This document shows, piece by piece, positions 12,101-26,108 of a stretch of 64,000 nucleotides of DNA. Position numbers and translations under genes: made by a program. The notes beneath the pieces are model-generated. The model was not told where the DNA came from. It worked only from the letters and a program-made list of their open reading frames with translations, and made no database searches. This DNA comes from Gnetum montanum (lineage: Eukaryota > Plantae > Gnetophyta): assembly GCA_015680685.1 (NCBI GenBank), contig MNCI01001758.1, positions 1-64,000 on the forward strand. The letters are read 5' to 3'. Each line of letters opens with the position of its first letter. Position 1 is the stretch's first letter.

Positions 12101-12580
12101 TTATTACAAGAGTTAAACACAATTTGAAAGTAGCCTAGGATAAGTATAAGGAATATGCAGATCAACATCATCTTAAGAAGGAATTCCAAATTGAGGATCA
12201 AGTGCTATTGAGAGTAAAACCCATAAAGAGTTCCCTTAAGTTAGAAAAATATACTTAGCCCCTAGACACTATGGACTTTTTGAAGTTTCAAAAAAAACTA
12301 GTGAAGTAGGCTATCGATTAAGTCTCCCAATGAATTTAAGGATTCATCCTAATTTCCATGCAAGTTTACTAAAGATGTTCCATGAGAATGATATGCCTTG
12401 TGTCCTAGATTGAAATACCTTACCCCTAAGATCTAGCAACAGCTTTAAGGTCATACCAATTGCAATTAAGGACCATAAAATGAAGAAAATTCATAATAAA
12501 AGCATTACTAAAATACTCATTTAATGGTCTAATTGTAATCAATAAACTTGGAAAAATAGGCACTTTATTCTCAACACCTA
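9150..12580 (+). pseudogene. Decayed gag-end/pol of chromovirus copy 1 (Zn knuckle, PR, RT, RNase H, INT, chromodomain remnant)
   Basis: [24 protein letters not shown] (~10070-10140); MPFGLTNA; FMDDILVY (~10415); KVWKHYLCG...EYDFEIKY (~10990-11135); DRDPKF and DGQIERVNQ (~11765-11890); many stops and frameshifts. Confidence 0.93.
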
Positions 12581-12791
12581 GAATTAACTTTTGATGATCA
12601 TGATATTGAGCAATAAATTATATTTATTGTCAATTGATAGCAAGAAATTAATTTATGATTTTTTATATGTACAAATCACAATGAAGATAATAAAGGAGCT
12701 AAAATGAAGATTATAGCAAGGATGTAATTGCTATATTGTTGGACATAGATGAAGCACTAAAGGATGAGCTAGATTCTCAAGGAGCATGGAT

Positions 12792-13150
12792 TGTAATGTC
12801 TCATCCCTTGTTAAGGATAGAATTACATATTAGTTATAAAATTAACATTCAAAAGAAGGAGTGACTCATTATGAAGAGTTGTAACTATTCATCCTCGGGA
12901 ATGGGTTTGACCTTTAACATTTAATGTTAGGTTTAGAGGTCATATCAGGATGAAGTTGTAGAACTAAATTGGCAAGTGATATGAGTTGGGTAAAGTGGGA
13001 CAACAAGGAATTGATCACTCCTTTAGTTGGATGGTCTAACTATATGATAGTGCTAGATTGCCTTTAAGATCCTAAGTGTCACAAGAAGATAACCTAGGGT
13101 TGTAACAATGTACCAACGATTTCATGAATGAAGTTCCACTATTATTTCTT
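12792..13150 (+). repeat. 3' LTR (partial) of chromovirus copy 1
   Basis: Starts tgtaatgtc after the purine tract aaggagcatggat; 12930-13095 is homologous to 19490-19650 and 34430-34590. Confidence 0.75.
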
Positions 13151-13199
13151 TTTTCATTTAATTCCATGTTCATTCATAATTATTTTTCAAGTTAAAGAA

Positions 13200-16100
13200 G
13201 TAACTAAGTGATTTTCATGCAATATGACAATTTTATGCAATGAATGATTGTATTTCATCAACATCTAGAAACAGGATATTACCCATAAGAAATAATAATC
13301 ATGTTGTTGTATACTTAAGAAGAGATGATTGATGGTTTCAATGTGTTCCTTACTTATGTTTTAAAGGAAAGTCACTATAATGATTTTATATCCATTGTAC
13401 ATGCAATCAATTTTTATGAAATGTAGATCATAATCATAAAATATCAAATTCATGATTATTCATTATGATCTTCATTCTAGTTTTCACTTTACATATACTA
13501 ATATCTCTATCTCAGTATTTTTGGTTTTTACCTTGTATTAATTATTTGACTTCATAATAACCATTGTATTAATACATAGTTGGGTATTATCATGATGTTT
13601 AAATATTATTTCTAATCTATTTTTTTCACATTGTTATGCACATACTTATATTTCTATTTGTGAGTTACATTATTTTGGATTTATCATAATCATTATCTCC
13701 ATAGACATTCATCATCATAATTTGCATGTTTTTGTAACTTATCAATACGTAGTTGGACTTGTTCATCCTCATTCTAGGGATCTTAATTCTTAACATTGTA
13801 TTGGAGCTAGGTTGGTTCAACCATATATCCTTTATGGCACATTTGCAACATGAATGTAAAGCTTGTTCTTTATAGGCTTCTCTATAGTCATGAAGAGTTG
13901 CATTTGCATTAGGATTTTTGTCATTTTAAGATACTTTATGAATTTATGGGTTAAATTGATTTCTCATTTCTTATTCATCCTTCATCTATACTCTTAGTTG
14001 TTGTACCTAAATTCAACTACAATTCCCAAAACATTCACCATTGCATGTTATTTTATCTTATCCACCCTTCAATTAATGTATCTACTTTGTACAAATAAGT
14101 TATGATATAAAAATGAAAGGACATAATCCCTAGTAATAAGGATTCAACATTGAAGTGCTTGCAAAGTGTGGGCTTAATCTTATAGGTGGATTTATTATAT
14201 GAAGTGTTAACTTCATATGATACTACAATTGATGACTTGTTATAATCCTTGGATTTGGGATTGAGTGTAGAAAAACCCAAGCTCTATATCATAAAATAAT
14301 TCAAAATTTCCATGTAAAATTAAATTCTCAATGATGTAAAGGATTAATCATAGAGCTTTCCAAGGAGTTTTTTGCATCTAGTACTTTGTCATTTATTGCT
14401 TTTAAATAGTTAAAGATTGATTATGAGGTGGTATTTCTTACATATATAAGTTATTACAAAGATTTGTTTTTATATAAATTTAATTAATATTTTTGGATTC
14501 TAAAGTTTTTTTTCAAATGTTTGAGGTTTTACATTAGAACCATCGCATGTGATGGTGAAGTAGATGTATTCAATATTAACCATGTCGATTTGCTTCAAAT
14601 GTTCATTGACATCACTAGTTTTAATAGAGATGATAAGTAGATGAACTTATAGTTTCCATGATCTTATCTATAGGAATTAGGAAGTAGCATGCCATTAGTT
14701 ATTTCCACCCACATCATTGTGGAATATAATAAAATCAATACCACATGTAGAGTTCTTAGATTATTACAATCACAAGTATGGTTGGAAATAGAGATAAATT
14801 AATTTAAAGTCCTCAAGAAAAAAATAACTAAATAAATAAGGTTGTTTTATCATTATAATAAATGGAATTTCTCTCATAGTATTGTTCTTCATTTATATAT
14901 ATTCATTATGTTACATGTTGAGTTTGTGATAATTAATATCCTTAAGAGAACAAGGGATAACTAAAACATTAACAATTTATATGAGGTTACAGTTGCTTGC
15001 ATGAAAGAACAGGTCATGGTTTAAGAAGAAGAAGAAAATAAAATAAAGGAAACTATAACAGTTCTAGAGAATTCATGGTCAAGTCCTTCAAATATGTCAT
15101 TAAAGATTAGCATTGTAGATTTCGTCATGTACCATTATGCCTTGGAGAAAAAATTTCAGGAGTATGAAGCTATAGTTGAGTTCCTTAACTTACCCATTAA
15201 GAAAGATATTCTAGATTATTACATTTACAACTTCTTTTCCTAGAAAATCTTGATGAAGTGTAGTTTTAAGTACCTAAATCCAAGGTCATGGAAAGCATAA
15301 CAATGGATATTGTAGAAGTTTGCAAATAATCAACTATCACCTTTACCAAAAACAAGGTACTCCTCTCTCTTATTTATTCATATTATTATGCTATAACCTA
15401 TTTCATGTTAGGAAAGAAGGAAAATGAGAAGCTATCAAAAGCTTAGTCCATCCACCATAATACTTTGACACAAGTGGATGAGTTAGTTTAGAAGTTAAGA
15501 AGCTTGGAGATCTAGGAATTATCAAATAGCTTGATGTAGAAGAAATTTAAAGGATAAAAAGGAGAAGTGTCACATTGATGAAAAATGAAAAGCAAGACAT
15601 AAAAGATCTATTACTATTGAAAGATCTAAAGATGTTACTTTGACTATGGTTGAGGTAGTAAGATTGTAGTTGGAAGAGGAGCATAATAAGGAATTACAAG
15701 AGAGGATGACTTCAATAACCATTGATCTAAACTTGGAAAAATCTATGAAGAAATTTTCATTAAGGAACTTCAATAAGGTAGAATCTTAAAGTTAAAGTAA
15801 AAGTTAAAGAGAAGCTACAGAAGAAGGATAAGATCCTTAAATGTTTAGAGGTTGAAAAGAGGGTTCACCAATTACTTTAGCAAGTAAAATTGTCAACTGA
15901 ATTTGTACAAGTTTCTAATTATGTTGGTGAGCTTTAAAATGATTTAATTACTAATAACATAGCCATTATAGATCTTTCTTTGATCATGGATCATTTTATA
16001 ATTTAGTGGGTAACTAGTTTAATGTTAAATATCATGGGCTTTACATCTTCTTCCTCTGCATCTTCCTCTTCTACTCCTTTTCATTCTTCTATGGTGACAA

Positions 16101-17543
16101 AGAAAGGATTTCAACTCTTTCCTTATAAAATTTTGAATGAATAAAATATCAAGGATGATTTTAATCTCATTGAATTTAATGATTTGTTAAATTTTAATAG
16201 TTACAAATAAATTAATGAATGATTTAAAGCATGTTGTGTTACATAATAGTTTATGAAGATCTATAGCTTCTTATAATTTTCTACCTCTAATATGCAAGGG
16301 TGTTTTACAATTTCTTGTATTATTTAAATTTCTAGAAAACTATCCCCTATAAAGTTTCATAATAAAAGTTCTTTTTATATTCATTTCAAGGAACAATTAT
16401 TATGTTGGAAATATAACCAAGAAGGTTAGGTATACAAAAAATCATAAATATCAAAACATATGTTAAGATAACTTTGATAAATTGCCTTGCTAGCTTGAAG
16501 AAATATTAAGGTCTTATATCATACTTATAGTTGCCAACAAATCAAAATGAAAATAAAAGAGGAACTCTGAATTGGCACAGTTTAAGTTGTACATAATTGT
16601 TATTTTTGTGAAAATATTTCTTTAAACATAAATATAAGAGAAAGAGAAAGAAAGTTTAATGAACTAAGAACCCTTCCATAGTTTTTTCTAATCAAAGACT
16701 GTTAGATGAAGAAATTTTATAATCATAGAAAAGTTATTATGTAAGTGAAGCTATGATATTTTTAGAGAGTTTTACCATGTTGAGTTTGAGGGGAATTGAT
16801 CATCATTGTTGTCATCATTCTAGTCCTATCCCAAAAAAATGGGTTTTGATAATAATATTTCACAAGGTTTTATAGTTAGCTACCAACATCGTAATAACCC
16901 TCCTCCTTACATATCTAAACTTGAGAGGAAGTATTAAGGATTTTATGTTAATTATTAACCTCAATGTGTGTCATACATATCTAGATGTGCAATCACAATG
17001 ATTTACATAAGCAAGAATAATCATGTTATCATGTGATTAGTTAAGAAGAGATATAACTATTGGTTTAGATGTGTTCCTTAGTTTTTATGTTTAAAAGGAA
17101 AATAACTATGATGGATTTATACACACAATACATGCATAATTTTTCATGTGGCATATAGATCATAATAATAGAATATCTAACTCATGGTTATTCACTATAT
17201 TCTAGCTTTTACATTACATATATTGTGATCTCTATCTCAATATTTTTGTCTTCACATTTTATCTAATTGTATTAATATCTTACTGCATAATCATCATTGT
17301 CTTCATACATAATTGGATATTTTCATGATGTTTACATCCTATATTTTAGTCTATTATGTTCACATTATTATGCACATATTCATAACACTATTTATGAGTT
17401 ATTTTGTGTTACATGTTTGTGGTTTATCATAACTATTATCTCTATACACATTCATCATCATGATTTACATGGGTATGCAACTTATTAATACTTAGTTGGT
17501 TGGACTCAATTATCCTCATCCTAGAGATCTTAATTTCTTAAAA
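13200..17543 (+). mobile_element. Old Copia-type LTR element without recognisable pol
   Basis: Direct repeats at ~13200-13795 and 16932-17543; degenerate iMet PBS ttgtattggagc at 13796-13807; PPT ttgagaggaag at 16921-16931; possible Zn-knuckle remnant near 14710-14760. Confidence 0.7.
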
Positions 17544-18536
17544 AATTCATTTTTATGACCAAAGTAGAAATGCATTGAAAGGAAAAAACATAAAATGAAA
17601 TATATAAAGAGATAATATTCTCATCTAAGATTAATTCTTGTTCCAACTTCTTGTTCATCTTCAAATCATCCTATAATATTTGCATGATACACATATAGAA
17701 AGGATTAAAAGATCTTCATAGCAGAAGAAATCATCTTAAAGATTTCTTGGACAAGACTAGAAGAAGGGATTTATGTTGAAAAGCATACTTTTAAAACCAA
17801 TAGTAATTACTAATTAAGTTACTTGTTAAATATCATTAACCTTACCATTAATATGATAATCTACCATGAATTTCTCTATTGATGGATTTCTCATGATGAT
17901 TCTAGCATTAGATGTTAGAGTAAGTATAAGATTAATACTAATTTATACTAATTACCAAGGTATCTTGGTTGTAAACCTCATCTCTCTAGATCATCCTCAT
18001 GAATGTCTAACTCCAAAGTCAACTTTCATGATTGACTAGCCAATATCAATAACTTAATTATTGATTCCTAGCTTTTCAACATTTTGAATACATCCATACA
18101 TATCTAAATTATCTTCTAGTCATCATCATAAAATTTTATTAGTTCCATCACATACTTTTTACAATGTGTTTTCCTAAAAAAATATGTGAGAATTCCATCG
18201 TGACCTTTAGATTTATTATGACATGGATTACAATGCTCAAAGACATCATCACCAGCATTGCCATAGAAAGATGACAGAAAGTCAAAGAAGATCAAAGAAA
18301 AAGAGAAAGTTTCAAAACATTAAATTATGGTAAGAATAACAACAAATAAATATTGGATTAGTAGATAAAGAATAAGCAAGAAGGTATCTCTAAACAAGGT
18401 TGAACTTTAGGAAAATGTAATGGAAGGAAGACCATTTTTGCTACCTTGAAAGATCAATTGCATATAAAGCTTTACCAAGAAAGAACATGTTTAAATCTGG
18501 TAATCACCAAGAGATTCACCATGCATAGTCATAAAC

Positions 18537-18538
<2 letters not shown>

Positions 18539-18572
<34 letters not shown>
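18539..18572. repeat. (GA)17 microsatellite
   Basis: Perfect GA run. Confidence 0.97.
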
Positions 18573-18573
<1 letters not shown>

Positions 18574-19479
18574 GCATAATTGATACCAAGAAAGTTAGTG
18601 TTACCAAGTATTTATAGGCATAAAATAGGATTTGAGAAATCCCAAGAATAACAATCTAATTTTGAGATCAAGTCACATGTATGCATAAAAGGATTTAATT
18701 GGTTAATAAATGAGTTCAAGTCACAAAAAAAATATTAGATATAGTTGTTGAGACTAGTATGACATGAAAGGAAGCTTCATCATATTCCAAAGAAAAAGAC
18801 AATGAAGACATAAAAAATTAACATTCAAGTCTTATTTATCAACTTCAAATGTTGACTTATGAATCCATTTGTTATTAAAAATATGAGAAGTTCAAATTAG
18901 GAAAGTTAAATATTTTTTTGAATTTTTTGAATTGATGAATGGATCTATTCTTAAATGGCACAAATTCATCAATTTTTTCTTAGTTTTTAATCACAAGCTA
19001 CAAGGAAATGTTGGTTTATATTCCTAAGTATGGTTGCAATATTTCTACATAAATAAGAGGGTCTTTCTAGCTTGTGATACTTTGGTTTCTTAATTAATCA
19101 TGCTACTGTACAAATTTTTAGTTCATTCCATCATTCACACCTTATTATCTTCATAATAGCTCATCATATTCTAACATTTTTGATTAATGCATAAAATCTC
19201 TCCTTCATATATAAACATCATCAAAGCACTATAGCAATTCTAACTCTTTTCCAACATCAATCATTTCAGTAATTATTTTTTTATTTAATCTCTATTTTCC
19301 ATCCAAGAAAAATTCAACATCAATTTACAAGTCTACCATAAATATAGAAGTTGAATAGCCTCCATTAAATAAAATTGAATCTATCATTAATCATGAGTGC
19401 ATTCATTAGGTATTATTGTTTCACATGAAAGAGCTCATTAAGGCAACCTTGTGTATAAAAATTTATCAAATCTAGACTT

Positions 19480-19829
19480 AGAGTTCAAAGACTTAGGGGT
19501 AGTGCCAACATGAAGTTGGAAAGCTAGTAATGTTGAGCAACAAGAGTGAAGTGAAGTGGGATAAGAATGGATTTATCACCCCTTTAGTCTTATGGTCTAA
19601 CTATACTAGTAGTGCTAAATTACCTCTAAGGATCTTAAGTGTCATAGAAAGAAAACTTCAAGCACTCCCATGTTAATATTGTTTCTATTATCATCATCAT
19701 CATTAATAATTTTTTTTCTTCTTCTTTTTTCCTTTCTTCGAAGTGCCATTGTTCTATTTGACACATATTATTCAAGTTATGGACAACATAGCATAATTTA
19801 TTCCTAACATTTGAAAATAGTATGTCACA
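19480..19829 (+). repeat. Putative 5' LTR (alignable part) of chromovirus copy 2
   Basis: Colinear with 34420-34765, both ending tagtatgtca(c/t)a; followed by PBS-like ttggtactcaag. Confidence 0.7.
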
Positions 19830-22800
19830 TTTGGTACTCAAGAAAATCACAATCCATAGACTAGAAGTAGAATCAAGAAAAATATAAGAATCCATGTTTT
19901 ATTATGTATGTTAAATCAAGTACATCAGTGGAAAGAAGTATGATAATAATAATAAAGAAGAATGAGATAACAATGGAAAGGAAATAATAAAGAAAAAAAT
20001 TAGCATGGAATAAGGATGAATTTAAAATTTTAGACAAAATGACCAAACCAATTCTTTTACTATTTTTTCCTGAGCCTCACCTTCCTCCTTAGTAGCTCAT
20101 CCTTCTAAAGTAGATTGCAACATGTAGCTAATCAACTACCTAGTTGATATATGTATCTTGCATTACTTTTGGTAGCTTCCTTAGCCTTTGAAGCCTTCAA
20201 ATTTTCTATGTTTAGCAACTCAACCTAGATATCATGTTGAACAATGTCCTTCTTCCATTCTTTTCCTGCTCTACACACAAAGAAACCAATATGGATGTTA
20301 AGAAAAAGGAAAAAAAGGATAAAAATATAAAATAATAAATTACCTCTTGCATGAAGGTGATAATTTTCCAACTAGAGTAATCATTCGTAGTTCAACAAGT
20401 GGCATGTCAAAAAAGAGAAACTCTCCAACTCTCCCAAGATTTGCTCAAAAGTTTTGATTACTTCTAAAGAATTCTTAAGAATTAAATGATAGTCAAAAAC
20501 ACCACTAGACTACATGAACTCAAAATCATTCTTGAATTCTTAGAACTAATAATCTCATAGATGGAATAATCCCTCTCAAATAGAACTCAAGGTGTTCTTA
20601 GTAATTTGATCATTACGATGATGAAACAAAAGGATCTCCTCTTCATTGTTAGCAACCAACTATGTAAGGGAGAAGGAAGAATCCTTGATGGTAACCAATC
20701 ATGATATAGTGATGGACACTAGACCAAAGATTTTTTTCTACAAAATGGAGAGAACCAGTAAAACTAGAGGTTTTGATGGAAGTGGTCCATGAAGACACTA
20801 GCTTATGAGACTTAAACAAGTTTAATGTTGAAGTAGTGGTCCTATGAGGTTCATGATGAAGGATGGAATCCAACCCTTCCATTTCTATTTGTTGAACAAT
20901 GAACCACCAACTTAGTGATACCTACCAAAGAAATAAAGTGTCAAAACCACAAATAAAAAAGGTAAACAAACTCAATAAATAGATAGGAGTTACCTTCAAT
21001 TATTTCTATTTTTGAATCCTATTAGGACCTTCACCATCTATACATAACTTCAAATTAATTGAAAAGATAAGATTATTAGAAAAGAGGTAAAGATTAAAAG
21101 GAAAAATATTATTATTATTATTCTTTTAAGATAGTAAGAAAGTACCTTGGAGGCTAGTTCAACCATTTCATCTTTTCTTGAATCCTTTTCATTAATGCTA
21201 GATATAGGATTGGTTTGCACTCTAGAGTTCAATACTACATAAAAATATAATAACAAAAAATTAATAATAAATTCAAAAATAGAAAAGAACATGCAATACC
21301 ACTTCTATAACCTTAGGATTTTGAGCCTATGAGATCATTTATCAACTCATTTTTAAACTTTTTAAGGTGAAATCTTAGGATTTGTTCATCTTTAAGGAAT
21401 GAGGAATATCACCTAGGGTCATAAGGGAGGAAACAAATATTGTCAATATCATAACTTAAGATGAGGGTCATTAGCATGGACACACACTATATTGAGAATT
21501 TAGTGGCATGAGCCTTATGTACATAAAAAAAGTATTTTATAGTAGTGAATAAGTAAAAGAAACATGTATATGAGTGGTCATATACCCTACCATTATTGGC
21601 ACTATGTGATAGAAAAATATGAAATATGAAAACTTGGTATGTGTGAGGTTTCTAGAACACTCTACACTCTAGAAATAAACAAATTTAAAATTCAACACTA
21701 TGGTTAAATTCCTTCTATTCAAAACATGTATGAGGAATGCTGGATATGTTGACATACTCAAGAAGTCATTTGCAAAAAAATCATAAAACTCTTAACATTT
21801 ACAATTGGTTGTAAGGGTATTTCTTATAATATCATGAGTAATTTTAGCATGTCCAAAAACTAGTTTAGAACCATTACTTAACTTGGAATTATACAAATCA
21901 TCCCATCAAAGAATAGGTTCTACACATAAAAGATAGGCTTGAAGGAAGGAGAAAACTAGCAAATTGGATATGTGGAAAGTATTTAAAAATTCATAATTAT
22001 CAACTTTAAGTAAATATTGAACAAATTCAATAACCTCTATAACATTATTCTAATACAAAATAATAGTTACTTGTAGGAATGCCATGTCACTACTTAGAAG
22101 GGCATATAGTAGGTTGATTGAAATGTTTAGGAAAATTCATATCTACTACCTTCTTCTAATATTATATATCTCTTTACCTACTTTAATCTTTCCTTATAGC
22201 TTCAATGTAGAGTAAATCCTTATAGATTATCACAATTTATAAAAAAACCAATATCAATTAGATGCGAGGTCAACATAAGATGAATAGTTTATTTCTATAA
22301 TGGTCACTACCAAGTAGAAAAGATGGGGCATTTCAAACAATCAAAAATGTATTTAATTAGTTAATTAATTAACTATCATTAATTAAATTCACATGATTTA
22401 TTTTTCTTTTGGGGATTTTTTGATTCAAAAGAGTAGAGTTTTTTAATCTCAATACATAATATTCTTCAAGATAATTTCAATAGCACCAATTTTGTCATGA
22501 TATGATATATGGCTTGGGAGATATCACGATTCTCAATAAAAATTTCAATTAACTTATTTAAAATAAAATTTTAAAAATCATTATTTTAGAAAAGTCAAAA
22601 TTCTAAAATTGGGGATGGGAGTTAAGCTCATAACCTCCTAGTCAATAATCCCAAATATTAAGTGTTTTTCTACTGGTTCACTAGTGCCAGCTTGCTAGTT
22701 GCTTCTAGTAAGGGTGATATTCCCTAATTAAATAATATTTTTTATAAAGTGTAATTAGAAAATTTTAAATTTTTTTTCATGCCCATAGTAGTAGCTAGTA

Positions 22801-23283
22801 TGGTTGTGCAACATAGGCCTAGCCACTATGTCATGACTAGGCTGTACCTAGCTACCATGCATCATGTGCCTTCATTGTGCCATAGTTAGCCTTTTCTTGT
22901 ATTTTGTTCACTTGCTCACTACATCACCACCATCACTATACTCCTTGCATTTCCACCATTACTCTATCTCACATGCTTTACCATGTGCCCTAGCTCTACT
23001 ATCATCTCTACCCATTGCAAGTTGTTCCTTGCCTCATAAAAATTCCTTTAGGAATTTCATAGAGAAGAAGTACTAGCATCAATAGGCACCACAAGCACCA
23101 ATGCCCCATACTACCAAGCTTCATGATGGTAGTAAGTACTAACATTGGTAGGCACAATAGGTACCAAAGTCCTTTGGTAGGAAGATTTAAAATTTTTGTT
23201 AAAAAATAAAAATTCAAATTCAAATATAAATATTCAATTCTAGTTAAACCAATGCCTCATAGATGTAGAAATAAAAATTTGAT

Positions 23284-23338
23284 AATTAATTATACTAGTT
23301 TTGGAGTAGTATTAGTATGGGTGACCTCTCAAAAACTC
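23284..23338 (+). other. More decayed 5S rRNA-derived fragment at the equivalent position in chromovirus copy 2
   Basis: gagtagtattagtatgggtgacctc (23304-23328) matches 5S GAGTAGTACTAGGATGGGTGACCTC; ~450 bp upstream of gag, as in copy 1. Confidence 0.75.
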
Positions 23339-24318
23339 TTGAGATTCATGTAACTTTTGGAAAATATAAAACTACCATAGCTTCTGATCTTGGAAGCCTC
23401 TTATGATGAATGAAGAATCATTTCCTATAGATTTCAACCTTTTGAACATATTGACATGGTCAAAATGGCCTTATGAGATCCTAAAAATTAGTTATAAAAC
23501 TCATACAAATGATTATTTGAAAGTTCTTAAAAATTTAATTTATATATACATATTAAGATTTGAGATGGGTCTTAACAACCAAATATTTATTTCTATCTAA
23601 TTCCAATCCTCCAAACCCAATTCCATTGAAGGTTTTGGTTAATTAGATGGAGAAAATTTGTTGCTAGCCATTCCATATCCTTTAAGAAACTATATAACAA
23701 TTTATGATCTTGATAAAAAAGAGTCATAGGGGTAGTTATCTTCCCTATCTTCTCAGCATAGAATCAAAAGAGCACATTGGTAAATCACAAGCGACCGCAC
23801 CAATGATCAATTGGATGTCCTAGAATAATATATGAGATCAAGGATGCTCAACAAGAGCTCTATGATATAAATCAAGGGTTTGAGAACTATATGAAAGCTA
23901 TGTTAGAGGAGATTAATGTTTTATGAAACATTTCCAAATATAAATGGTCCAAGGTTTAAGGAAAGATGAACTCTTTTACTAATTCCATCAAAAAGTTGAT
24001 AGAACATTTGTTCCAGTCCCATAACCAAAACCAAAATCAACATCAAAATCATCATCAAGATTATTCCCAACTAATTAGGCATATAGAGAATGAAAATCCA
24101 TGTCAAAGATTAAGATCTAGACTAGGGGAAGAAACCCATTAGATTTAACTAAGCCAAAGAGGAAAATCATTAATTGAATTCCATGCTAAAAAGTTAAAAC
24201 TAAATTCTTATGATAGAGCCCTAGGATCTAGTACTAAAGTAAAATATTGGCTTAATACTTTGAAGAACTACTTCAACATGTTAATGCTATTGAGCCAAGA
24301 ATGCTAGGAAGTTATTGT

Positions 24319-26105
24319 TGTAATGGAAAATCTCATTTTCTGGAAGAAAATAAGGATTCTTAGTCATAGGTAGCCTTAACTCCAAATCTCCTAGGGCCTC
24401 CACAAGAAAAAATGGGATTCAAGTTGCTTGGATGGTTCAGTAGTTCACCTAAGAACTTAAGAAGGGTGCAAGATGGGGGGTGTAACAAGTAGTATAAAAA
24501 TATGAAAATCTATGAAATGATGCATTCAAAATATAACAATTATTATTGAAATTGTACACAAAATTAAATCATAAAACTTTATTAAATAAACAAATAATGA
24601 GTTCAAATATGTGTACAAAATTGATGCACAAGAATGGGGGCGAAGTAGGGTTCACTTGCATAGGGGTTCAGAGTCCATTGAAGCCACGATCAACTCCACG
24701 ATCTAGTATCTCTACCACTCCTGATGCTATCAAACTTCCTTTGTTTCCTACTTAGATCTTCAACATTGGTTGATGCTAGGGGATATGGAAATGTGAAGGA
24801 TTGGGATGTCTAAAGTACACCATGTTGGGATTTGGTGATCCCAAGGGGGTAATGTAGACACCCAAAGCTCACAAATCCAAAGGGGGGAAGTAATAGGGGG
24901 TAACAAGTTGTAGGGGTTCTACATTTCTAGGCACCAAGAAGCTATTTTTTTGCTAAGGAAGTAAGAGCTTTTGGATGCCAAAATGCCAAGGATGCTGAAT
25001 TGCAAAAGTGTGGAACCTTTGCATGATTCCAAGATGTGGCTTCTATAGGGTTATGTCCATGATTTATGTTGCAAATTGACTACAAATGGTTGTCTAATTG
25101 GCTGGAAATTGGCTGCCAAATTGTTGATTGATTGGATATAAATTTGCTACCAAATTGCTAGAATTAGCTACATGTTCAAGGGGGTATGTAAGGTTCACCC
25201 CTGATGCATTCTAGTCGTATGCTCCCTCTACACTATCTAACCCCCTCCTCTCCTCCCACTGGGGAGAAGAGTGTCAATATTGAAGGGGTGGGGTGTGGAG
25301 GATGGATGGTCAATGCTAGGGTTGGGAGTTAACCTCCTCTAGGATAGGTCACCCCCTTTTCCATGTTGGGTGTAGGTGAGTTCTACCCCTCTTGCACTCC
25401 TCCATGTTAGTCTTGAAGTCTCTTAGCTATCTTAGCCCCCTGTAGGGGGTGTGTCAGTGTAAAGAAAAGTATGGCCCCCCATAAAACCCATCAAATTGCC
25501 ATTTTGACATTCCAAAAGGCATTTTTGACTCCCCCAAGCCTAAATATAGACACTAGATGACTTTTTTCACTTGGGAAATGAGGCTTTGGTCACTTATGAA
25601 GCATTTGTTAGCCCCAAAAGTATGAAATATGTGAGATTTACCCTTTATGAGTTACAACCTTCACATTTATAATAAAATATTACCTTGGGTTTCATGTGAT
25701 GGGATTACAAAGGTTTCAACATGAAAATTTGATGGTGTTTCATTTGTCCCTCTTTTTTGGTGTCTAGAGGACTAACCCAAGAGACACTAACAAAGAATAC
25801 AAAACATCATTATAGGTCCACCACTGATGTCCCTTCTCCATGCTTGCTCTAGTCGTGTTGAATCATGTCGAAGAGTGCTTGTGATGATGGGATTGGATTA
25901 TGACAATGGAGGAATGGTAAGGGTAGTTAGGGAGATGATCATGGAGGTTAACAATGCATTACAAGTGTTTTAATCATGGTTGTAGCATGGTACTAACATA
26001 TTTTGAGTGTTGATTGCTTGAAAAATGCATTTGAGGAACCAACCACTTTTTTCCAAGGGTTTTTCAGCCATTGGGCTTTGAAGATTTTTTTGCCATTTGG
26101 CTTCC
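24319..26105 (-). mobile_element. 3' ~1.8 kb of a giant Tat/Ogre-like LTR inserted in the gag of chromovirus copy 2; truncated on the right
   Basis: The reverse complement matches 62430-63090, 44570-44850 and 45550-45927; terminus tgtaatggaaaatc at 24319. Confidence 0.8.
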
Positions 26106-26108
26106 TAG

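Larger units (their letters stand above)
2000..13150 (+). mobile_element. Tekay/Del-like chromovirus (Ty3/gypsy), copy 1, heavily decayed; 5' boundary uncertain
   Basis: Domain order gag-PR-RT-RH-INT-chromodomain remnant, then PPT and LTR starting tgtaat at 12792. The leader and gag are homologous to 22330-24318. Confidence 0.8.

Noticed and set aside
17545-19340. Unassigned AT-rich segment
   Set aside because: No termini, repeat partner or coding motif could be supported apart from the GA microsatellite.
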